Source: Schmidtea polychroa (Eukaryota). Taken from it: DNA of 64,000 bases. Within the stretch, counting starts at the first letter, position 1. Each line of letters opens with the position of its first letter. The stretch covers positions 33,420,001 to 33,484,000 of the forward strand of contig CM097885.1 of assembly GCA_044892525.1 (NCBI GenBank), given 5' to 3'. The position numbers and the translations under genes were made by a program. The notes below the pieces were generated by a model. The model was not told the DNA's origin and made no database searches. It was given only the letters and a program-made list of their open reading frames with translations. Shown piece by piece: positions 53,348-64,000 of this stretch.

Positions 53348-53759
53348 TCATACATTCCAGTGTGTCCTGCCTATAAATCATTTTGTAGAGAAAATTTATG
53401 TTTTTCTTTGGTTATGGTTCACTTTATTAGCAATTTTAACAACTCTTAACACTTTACAATGGGGCCTCATTGTTTGTCTTCCTTGGAAACAGACGCAATT
53501 TATTCAAAGATACCTCAAAGCTCTTAAATTAATTTCAAACTCAGAAGGTCGAGAATGTCAAAGATTTGTATCAAGAAATCTAGGTTGTGATGGTATATTT
53601 GTACTTCAAGCTGTGAGTAAAGTTTCCAGTGATTTAATTGCTCTTGATGTCACTGCAACATTGTGGACAAACTACAGACAAGCTAAACTAAATGGTGCCG
53701 AAGATGACATAACAAGATATATGGAGACATCTATGAAAACAAATATAAATATCGTTTAA
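53348..53759 (+). CDS. inx: Innexin, terminal coding exon (absent from the ORF track)
   Basis: Manual translation gives HTFQCVLPINHFVEKIYVFLWLWF (TM4) ... FVSRNLGCDGIFVL ... LWTNY ... NIV with stop TAA at 53757-53759. AATAAA at 53865-53870. Confidence 0.93.
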
Positions 53760-56700
53760 TTCTAGAAGACAAAAAACGTTTAGCTCAAAAATATTTATAG
53801 AAATTTAATTATATTTGAATTATTTATTATGATATTTTATTAATTAGAACTTTTAGAAAATTCTAATAAATATGATTATGACATTTTTACTCAACTCCAT
53901 AATATTTCAATAATGACACATATTGACAATGGATTAATGAATATATTTTGGTTATTTTTTATAATTATTTTTATACATGGAATTCGTTTTTTCGTGTTGA
54001 TTAATTATTGAAATATTTTATTATTGTCATTATAGTGTTTTTTTTTCATTTTTTACTGTTTAAAATATTTTTTCATTAATTAGATTTACTCTCATTTTCG
54101 AAATTATGCATGCACTAAATCCCATTTTCTGAAAATAAATTCTGTCGTTTTTCGGAACTGTCAAAGGATCTTTAAAATGTAAAAACGCTCTTGAAGGAGG
54201 GAGTTTGAAAATTTGTTATGGAGCTTTACATGGAAGAGGGTGGAGTACAATTGTTTTTACGAAACGCAGAAAAAATATTTTTAAGTATTTAAAATCTATG
54301 ACAATAAACTCATAAAAAACCAAAGGATTCAATGTTTAAACTAATGAAATTTATTTGAACTTTTTATAAAATGTAAAATGTTTATTTGGGTAGAATAGTG
54401 TCCATAATGTTAAATAAATGGAAAAAAACAAAATTTCTGTGATATCGAAATCCTAAATTTAGGGATAATTTTCTTATACAGCTGACATGGTTCATAATTG
54501 AACAGAGATTTCATTCGACTACATTATAATATTTTGAAACCTTTTCTAATTCGACATCTCATGAACATTTTGCATTACTTGCATTGTTCAAAGGGGAATT
54601 GTACAAAGGTAATGTCAAAAACAAGAATACAACTTAAAATAATCCTTGGAAAGCGAGAGCATGAATATATGGTTATCGCTGAAGAATATACAAACTTGTA
54701 AATGGAGTGATGGAATTGATTTGAATTTAAGTAATGTATTAGAAGCTGTAATGTATTAGAAGTATTATAAGCTGCTAGAACATCTTCTAAATTATTTTTT
54801 TAAATCCGGTTCAAAAGTTAAGGTCATAATTCCAAATATTTATATAATGAAATATTGTATAATTTTCAAACAAATTTTCAGCGTTGAATAAAATATTTTC
54901 AAAACCATTTATTAAAATTTCGATATTTAAAATATATTTATCTAAAAATTATTCACTAATAAAACTTCTTTCAAAAAGCTATTTTAATTTTTCAATTTTT
55001 CAATTCAAAAATTTCAACTTAGAAAATCTAATTTAAAAATTATTTTAAAAGTTAATTTAATAGTCAATTATTTACAATTTAAAATTTTCTTAATAAATCA
55101 TTGAAATATTGAATTCTTAGCTGAAAACACCTCACTGTATCAATTTCTCAAAAAAGACAATAATATATTCCTATCGTAAATGTGGAAAGCATTTTCAGTG
55201 TTCATGAGAAAAGGAAATATTATGTGATATAAAATAGAAATATTGAAAAATAATGAAAATATAAATAAATACTGAATTTCTATTTATTACTATTGGGCAC
55301 TATATTTTTAATATGTTGACAAATTTATTAAAGTTTATATGAAAGTTATACAGGTGGAGAGAAGGTATAGATTTTGTTAAGGTCTGTTACCGGAGAAAAG
55401 GGGTCAAAAATATTATTTTTGTGTTAAAAAATTTACAAAAGTTCTCCAAGTAGTTTTATGTAAAATTAGAATTCAACATAAAAGTTTGATTGATGAAATT
55501 AAGGAATTATAATATCCAGCTTAAACGGGAGTCTACTTCCGCTTATTCATTAAAAGAAGTCAAACAATTCTATTTTTTTCCTTTGCAATGGAGTAAGCAA
55601 AAAGGTAGAATTACCCTTCACTCTTAAAGTGTGTTGACTCTTTTGCGGTTACTGAGAACAGAAGTATAAATTTAGATTAGAAAATTAATCCAAGTTAAGT
55701 TTATAAAGATTTAGCAACAAAAACCAACTTTTCATGCGGTCAGACTAATGAAAAATCGAATATTTCATGATAAAAAATGTATATAATTTATAGAGTTAGA
55801 CAAAGTTATTAATAACAAAATAAATTAAAATCTAAAAAAAGAAAAGACTACAAAAAATTGTAGATGGTTCGATATTCGACTCAGATTTCTAGAAGTAATA
55901 AGATTTGTATAATAGATATATGACGCTCTCATTATATGTTCATGAAATAATATTTCAAAGAAACTCGTTTTTGTAATTTTACTAACACTTATTTTGAGAA
56001 TTTTATAAACAATAAATTATAAATAATAAATTAATTAATTAAAATAATTGGGAGAACAAGAAGAAAATGAAAAGGGGCATTGCTATTGATTAGAAAAAAA
56101 GCGAAAGGTGAATAAGAAATTTGGAGAAACAAACGAGAATCAATTAAACGGTTTATTAATTAAATAGTTAACTAAAAAATAAATTGAGAAATTAATGTTA
56201 AATAATTAGAGTAAATCAGCACATTTGGAAAAATAAAATAATAAAACAATAAAATTTCTTTTCAAAAGACTTTATAATTGCAGGTCTTTGAAATCCCGAG
56301 TGCCGCAGAAAGAAGTAAGCAATTTGCATCTTAGAGCATCAGTAGTATCTCAAATTTATACTTCAGGAAGTTTACATAGAACAATAAAACGTACTGTGAA
56401 AAACACAGACAAGAGAAATTACAAAAACACATGTTGAAAATTTCATTGACAGAAAAGAATTTGAAGAATATTGTTGTAAATATGCAAGAAATCAGAAATA
56501 AGGTTTGTATAAAATTTACAAGCGGACGACCTAAAACCCTAGTGCAGGTGATATTAATTAATTAAATTATTTATTTATTTATTTATGTAATTATTATTTA
56601 TTTATTTAATTAATTTATTTATTTAATTTATTTATTTATTTATAATACATCTCGTTGTTCATTATTTAATCTTAAACTCATTTATTTTCCTAATGATGAA

Positions 56701-57291
56701 ATATTTTTAGAATATATCAAAAACAAATGTTTTTTTCATTGATAAAATTGTCATAAAATAACTAAATATTTTTAATTTGAAATTAATTTTAATTTTAATG
56801 AACTCAATTTCTAGTGATTTTGTAATTCGACTCTATTCTTTTCTGTAAAATATTTTTTTGCTTCTCATTTAAAAAAATGCAATTTGATTTTTGTTATAGA
56901 AAAATCAAAATTAATTATGAGATCTTGCAACTTCTGTCAATTTTTATAGAATGAAATATGTTCAATGTTTGATCTACTGTCAAAATCAATTAGGAAATTA
57001 TTAAGATATTTCATCAAATATATCAGATATTAAAATCTTTAGTTTTCAAATTAATTAATTAGTTATAATGTATATTTGTGATGTTTCAAAAAGAAAGATT
57101 ATTTTAAAATAACTTGATAAAATAATTTTTATAGATAATATCTGCCATTTTGTTTTTGTTGGTTGACATATCTCATTAAAATCATGATATTATCTTTGTT
57201 ATCGGAAGAAAGATATCCAAAAATCCAAAAATATTCTTTTCATTAATAATAAATATATATTAAAACCTAATTTCATATATAATATTAATAG

Positions 57292-57505
<214 letters not shown>

Positions 57506-58429
57506 TATATTTTGTAATTAATTATTGAATAAACAATTTGTTTATTCTTAATTCAAATATCCTATTTGAATAACATAATTATCCATTGGTGATTCTTCAA
57601 TCAACTTTCTCAATTTGTCATTATTCTTGATTATATCCCAAAGCTAATAGGAATAAATATTTAATTTTTAATTAATCATGAAGAACTTTTCTAAATTTTA
57701 ACCATTTATTTGAATCATTGGATGATTTTTAAGAAATAATTTGGAAAAATAATTTATCCAAATTACTATAAAATAAATTTTTATATTATAATATTCTGAT
57801 TTGAATTTAAAAAATTAAATTTATAAAAATAAATTAAACTAAATTAAATTACTTTAATATTGTAATAAGTAATTTTTGTCAACAAAATTTATGAATTGTT
57901 ATTACCTCCAATTTTAGATTTTATTTCTTCAATTTCTTTTGGAAGTTCCAGTTTTGAGCAAGTAAAAAAAATTGTTTGGCCTCTGTGACAATTTCAATCA
58001 GATAAAATTTGGAAATTGGCAATTTGAAATAGGTAACGTGAATATGATTATATTACACTTTGATAACATTTTTTGAAGAAAATTTTTAAACAATACAATT
58101 TATTGAATGTATACCTCGATATAAGTAAAAATACATTTAATTCAAGTCCATTAATAAATTATATTAAGTGGAACGCTAATTGACAAAGGAGACAACAAAA
58201 CATTAAACACATTAAAAATTTTTATTCTATTTTTTTCTTCTTTTAAATAACCAAACTACAGACAATATATTTCTTTATATTGTTTTGTACCTAATTATAG
58301 TACAATAAATGTAGGAAAATAAGTCGTATCGGATGAGTGAAGCACTCAAATTCCTTCAGATCTTACCTTTTTACTAAATTTATAAATGAGAAATGAATTG
58401 AAAACAATGTATTTTAGGCCAGACTTATA

Positions 58430-60310
58430 TTTTGTTGGTTAAATATGTAAGTCAAAGAAGGATATTGATCTACTTACGGTAAAAAGTATGCTAAGTGCAA
58501 GTACGATTGAGTATGTTGATAAAAATAAAAAACAGAATATTAAGGATTTTTTGGTGCTGAAGAACTTAGCTAAGAAAGATATTAATGTTTGTAAATTTGA
58601 TAAAGGAAATGGATTTGTAATTTTAGACCATGATGTTTATGTGAATAAATTAAATTAAGTACTCTCAGGTTCTCAATTTTCAAAATTCGATAAGTTTCGA
58701 AAAAAAGGGAGATTGCCACCTCTAAAGAATGAAATGATTTTGAATGCTATGTTGTGTGATTTGGTTAAGAATAATCATATTGATGAAGAGGTAGCAAAAT
58801 TAATTCATGCAAAAGGTTCACAGCCAGCTAAATTATACGGACTTCCAAAAGTGCATAAAGACGGAGTTCCCATGAGACCTGTTTTATCTATGGTCGGAAC
58901 AGCTCAGTATAAAATAGCGAAGTATTTGGATGGATTATTAAAACCCTTAATAAATCTGAGTTTGAATGTAAGGACAGTTTTGAATTTGCATCATATATAG
59001 AACAATTGAAAAAAAATAATGTTAATGAGTATATGGTTTCGTTTGATGCATATTTTATTTACTAATGTCATGTTGAAAGAAACAATCGATTTATGTTGTG
59101 AATTATGGAATGAAAATATTAATTCTCATAATATGTGTGATGGAAATGCATTTAGGAAGCTTTTAGAGTTTGCAACTTCCAAAGTTAATTTTCTTTTTAA
59201 TAATGAATGGTATGAACAAATTGATGGAGGGGCTATGTGTTCGCCCTTAGCACCAACAATGGCGTCAATATTTTTGACATGTTTGGAAAAGAAAATTGCT
59301 TCTTTTCAATATGAAAAACCAATTGTGTATAAAAGGTATGTTAATGATATTTTTCTAATATTTAAAAATAAGGAACATGTGAAACCTTTTTTGCATTACA
59401 TGAATGGATTGCATAAGAACATTAAATTCACATGTGAAACTGAGAAGGATTCATCCATAGCATTTCTTGGCTTGTTAATTAAACGCAAAGATGAACAATA
59501 TGAGACAGAAATTTACAGAAAACGAACAGATACCGGCCTCTATACTACCCCAGAGAGTTTTTGTGAATTTAAATATAAAAGAAATATGGTGAAATGATTA
59601 GATTTCAAAAAGAGTATTATCGATCATGGCGCTTATCTTCCACTTTTAAAAATTCAGTAAAAAGTGTAGATAAATTAGTTGAATTACTGGTGAAGAATGG
59701 CTACTCAAAACGGTTTTTATTGTTAATGTTGAAAGAGACTGTTGATAAATGTATGAATAATGCTAAGGATCGTAGTATGAATGAATGTAAATTGACTGAT
59801 ATGTCGAATGATGTAGTGAATATGAATATTGATACTAACAGACAAGATGAGACAAAATATACGATGGTATTGCCTTATTCTGAAGGATATAAAGATTTCA
59901 AAAGAAAGATTGGTAAACAGTTGTGTACATTGAATTATTGAATTGTTTCAAAATCGTGCAAAGTACGTAGTATGTTTGTTAGTAAATCTCAAACGCCGGT
60001 TGGATTGTGTTCGGATCTCGTTTATCCATTCACCTGTAATGGGTGTAATGCCACATACATTGGAGAGACTTCCCGTCATCTCTGTACTCGAGTTCAAGAA
60101 CATTGACGACCGAAGGGAGTGTCCAATATTAAGGATCACAATAAAGTATATATGAGAGAATTAGGAATGTCTGATTTTAAAATATTATCAAAAAAATTTG
60201 ATAATTGTTTTGAGCGTGTGATATGTGAAGCATTATTGATAAGAACTTTTAATCCTAAAATCAATGTGCAGAATGCAGTGAATACTTGTGTGTTGAATGT
60301 TTTTAATTAA
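58430..60310 (+). pseudogene. Penelope-like retroelement RT + GIY-YIG endonuclease, disrupted
   Basis: DKGNG, LYGLPKVHK..PMRPVLS, LFTNV, G.AM.SPLAP, RYVND (degenerate YVDD), IKFT.E, IYRK.T.TG and C-terminal VYPFTC..C...YIGET.R.L..R..EH. Several frameshifts and stops; 5' boundary approximate. Confidence 0.92.
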
Positions 60311-60810
60311 GTTTTTGTACGTTGATGTATATTAATAATAGTTATGTTAAATAATTAAAAAAACAATTAAAATAATATTTTTAATACTTTTAAAAGTTTA
60401 AATATAATTGATTATTTAAAATTTTTTTTAAAAAGAATGATTATTGTAAGATGATATAATAATTTCCAACGAATTACTTACATAACCAGGTCACTAGACC
60501 TTGATATCTATTGAATGATGCGGGAATGCTTGTATAACTAAATTAAGTAAGTATGTTTGTCTTCTGTGTCAACAGTATCACTTAAACTAATAATTCTCCC
60601 TTTTGTAGATTACGCAATTTAATGTACTATAAATAGTATAACGATTGTGTGTTCCGTTTAGATTTTTAAAGTGAATAAAGATTTCTGTGAAACTATGTCT
60701 TCTTCTAACAATTATTAAAAATTTTTATATATAATTTAAAATTTATATATTTTATAATTTGTTTATATATTATCAATATAGTATATATATTCATCCGTCG
60801 TGAATGTAGG

Positions 60811-60850
60811 TAACCTGATGATGATAGTGATGCTATCGAAATATATAGTG
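60811..60850 (+). ncRNA. Minimal type I hammerhead ribozyme motif of the Penelope-like element
   Basis: CTGATGA (60815-60821), stem II GATAG/CTATC, GAAA (60838-60841), then a short palindromic TATATA. It lies ~500 bp downstream of the PLE ORF. Stem I looks degenerate. Confidence 0.65.
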
Positions 60851-61116
60851 AAAAAGATGTACGAATGGCGATTTTTTTTAATAAAATCTTTACCGAGTAT
60901 ATTTGAGTAAATAATTAAAAATTTATTTCAATAATTTCACAATCACGATTTGTTAAACAAATATTTTCGAGTCATAAAAAATAATTCTGATATCGACAAT
61001 TTTTAGTAGACATTTCTCTTTTAAATTTCTTTTATATAAACATATAAAATAACTTTTTTAATTTAAAAATAATTTCGATTCTTAATTTTTATGTTAGTTA
61101 ATTTTATTCTTTATGC

Positions 61117-61412
61117 TAGTGCTTCTCATCATGTTATGCTCTATCTCCCCAACAATAGAGTTTAAAAGTCAAATTGCCAGTTTGTGAATTGATTAACAAA
61201 TTATTTTACAAGTCATTACTTAAAAATTTAAATTTTTCTTATAGATCTTGATTAGAACTATATCTTCATTGTTAAGAAATTGTTTCTATCATAATATACA
61301 TAAAATATGACTTTTATACTTAAGAAAAATTATGATTTATCAAATTTTAAAAATTCATTAATTTCGAAATTGCCTCCAACTGGTGCCCTAGGGCCCCAGA
61401 TGAGAAGCACTG
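61117..61412. mobile_element. hAT-type MITE with 8-bp TSD
   Basis: TIRs TAGTGCTTCTCATC and GATGAGAAGCACTG; flanks CTTTATGC (61109-61116) and CTTTATAC (61413-61420). Confidence 0.78.
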
Positions 61413-64000
61413 CTTTATACAATCTTTTTTTCAATACATGTAATGTTTTTCATGTTCTTTGCCTGACTTACAGAAATGTTGCTGATAACTTCAAGTTTAA
61501 AATAAAATAATTTTAGCTGCAATAAAATATAATTTAACTTATTTTCTGGTTTTCTTTAGCTTTTAGTATTATGTTATGTCCAGACTCCAAAAAGGTCGTA
61601 AAAGCTTAATAACGCGATATTCACTTAAAAGGTTTCAGCGGAAAATTTGAATAGTAATGAAAATTCAGATTTCTGGGAAAAAATAAAAATAAAAGTGAAT
61701 TTTTTCAAACAATAAATTTAAATTTATGAAATTTAAATCTTATAGAATTAAAGTTTTATGACTTTTTTTACTTACCTAAATTTTTTTTGTAGGGTTACCC
61801 CACAAAATTTGATTTTTTTAAGTATTAGATTTGGTTTCAAATATTTATTTTTTCGTTTATCATTAATTGTAATTTGTAAAGCCTTTTATTTAATATGATT
61901 ATATTATATTTTTCTCTAATGTTTTATGTTTTATTGTGAAAATCGGGGGTGACTTAGCGTTTTCAAAATCTCTGAAAACAAATAAATTTATTCTACACAA
62001 CCAATATTGTTTTATGTTGTATAATATCTATTATCTTGTTTACTTCTGACATTTTCCTTGACAAGTTCTTATTCACCAACATTGAAAGGACTATGAATTA
62101 TATTTTCTTGATGATTTTTATTGACTATAAACTATAAACTAATTTGATATTATATAGTATTTCATTTTTTCTCGATTCTTTACAACTAGTTTCTAGACTA
62201 ATAGTAAAATGCTCTTTGCACAGTTTTTTTCCATTAACTACTTTAGCTGGAATGATTTTTAATCCAGATTTTCTAATTCAAAGAAAAACTTATTTATTCT
62301 TTTTCTGTGGTCCTCGGTTGATTTTGAAAAAAATCAGAATATCGTTGTAATAGACTAATGCTTCATTCTACATCGTATCTAAAATTAACAGTGTCATAAC
62401 TTTTTAGAGCATTGATTGTGCAATAAATATGCTAAAAGCCATCTAATTAAAGCAAAATTGATTGTGTCTTGTAGAAAATGCTGTTTTTAATTTACATTTC
62501 TAGTCCAGATTGTTGAATAGTTATTTATCGTTTGCCTGAATATTACTGCTAGTCTGAATCACATATCTTGACCAAATAATACTAACTCAATTCAAACAAC
62601 TTTTCTTAATATCACAGTTCACAAATTATTATACAAATGCAATTCTCACAAAACTCACCTCTCAGGTAAGATATTTGCTTTTATTTATATTTATTTACAC
62701 TAAATATTTATTTTTATTATATTTGTAACATTTATCTTTAAAAAATATAAAAACAGAATTGCCTCCTGTTTTAGGATATTCTGTAATTCCTAAATACATC
62801 AAAGTTCAGCAAATATAAAGCCTCGCATTTTTCCAAATACGATTTTACCTGTACTGGTCATATTATTCAAGTTTAGTTTTTATCAATACCTATATTTACT
62901 AACATTATAATAATTTATGTATATTTAAAAATTATATCAATTTATTTATATTTAAATTATTATTTAATTATTTTACAAAAGACAAAAAAAGTTTGTTCTG
63001 TAATATACAAAAAGTGTTAGAACCTAAAATTCCCGATAAATTGTAAAATCAATTTAATCATTCATGAATATCTTCGTCACACATATTCGTAGAGAATCAT
63101 TGCAAGTGCCAACTTCAAAATTTATTATAGTAAAAAATGTATTATATGAAGTTTTAATTTATGAATTATTCAAAACTTCACACTGGTATCAAAAGAAAAA
63201 TATAAATATACCGAGGTAAAATGATTAATTACTATTTTAATAAGTTGAAAATATTTCAATATGTATAATAATACTAATTTAATAATTTATATTTATCACT
63301 TTTTTAATGTTTTTGATTACACTTTTATTTAATTAACCACATTATTTCATTTTTACCAATTTATCCATACTATTCCCCTATTTAAACCAATAACTCATGA
63401 AACACATAGTCAACCCTCCACAGATATTTACATTAAAATACAAAGTGATAATTCGTTTTTTCAGTCAATTAATGTGACACTGTCTTTAAATAACGTCGAA
63501 GTATTAACTTCAAATTGTCAACGAGCGCTTTTCTAGACAAAGGCGGGATCTCATATACATTAACCAAAATTTTATTTTCTAATAAACGTGATATCCAAAG
63601 TGCAAAAGAATAAATGATTATGCCATTACTACCAAAAGAAATTTTACAAATATTAGGTAATATGAATCTTTTATGCATCCGAATCCGCACCATAGGACAA
63701 ATTGAAAACGTTTATGACTGATTTTTAAAGACAGAAGACGAATTATACAATTCTTACTTCCATGCCCGATCACTAGGCAAACTGTTCTTATGTCAATTTA
63801 TAACTAAAACAATGCTTCTCAAACTTTTTTGTGTCGCGGACCGGTAATTTTTTCCTAATCCAAAAACATAAATTTTAATTAGTAATATTTATTAAAAAAG
63901 TAACAAATAAACAATATAAAAAAATTATTAACGAATAAACTAATGTGAACGATGTGCTTTTTGTGCTATTGTAAATATTTTAACGCTAAAATATAAAATA

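Noticed and set aside
63810..63845. hAT-like single ends (also near 11200 and 14930)
   Set aside because: No partner TIR or TSD could be confirmed, so they were not called as elements.

Overview
This is a very AT-rich eukaryotic genomic window, most likely from an invertebrate (an innexin gene and the repeat landscape fit a planarian-type flatworm, but I cannot prove the species). The only host gene is a + strand innexin. Two coding exons are visible (9592-10237 and 53348-53759), joined in frame across a 43,110-bp intron; the first coding exon appears to lie upstream of the window. The rest is mostly mobile DNA. The main signal is a family of four elements sharing the terminal motif 5'-AGTAGGTAGTTAG, a Polinton/Maverick-type end. 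(i) An element of at least 8.15 kb (1-8154) has ~1-kb repeat-built inverted arms and carries only a disrupted, apparently intron-containing protein-primed PolB gene, with no integrase, ATPase, protease or capsid gene. (ii) A 179-bp mini-element (9228-9406, TSD ACAGTT). (iii) A 3.5-kb non-coding copy (21878-25418, TSD ATGGTT/GTGGTT). (iv) A 4.2-kb non-coding copy (46564-50768, TSD TGCATG). The window also holds a deleted Helitron/Helentron, two fused Gypsy pol remnants, solo-LTR-like inserts, a Penelope-like retroelement with a hammerhead ribozyme motif, several MITE families and many microsatellites. All calls are by eye and no database searches were run.
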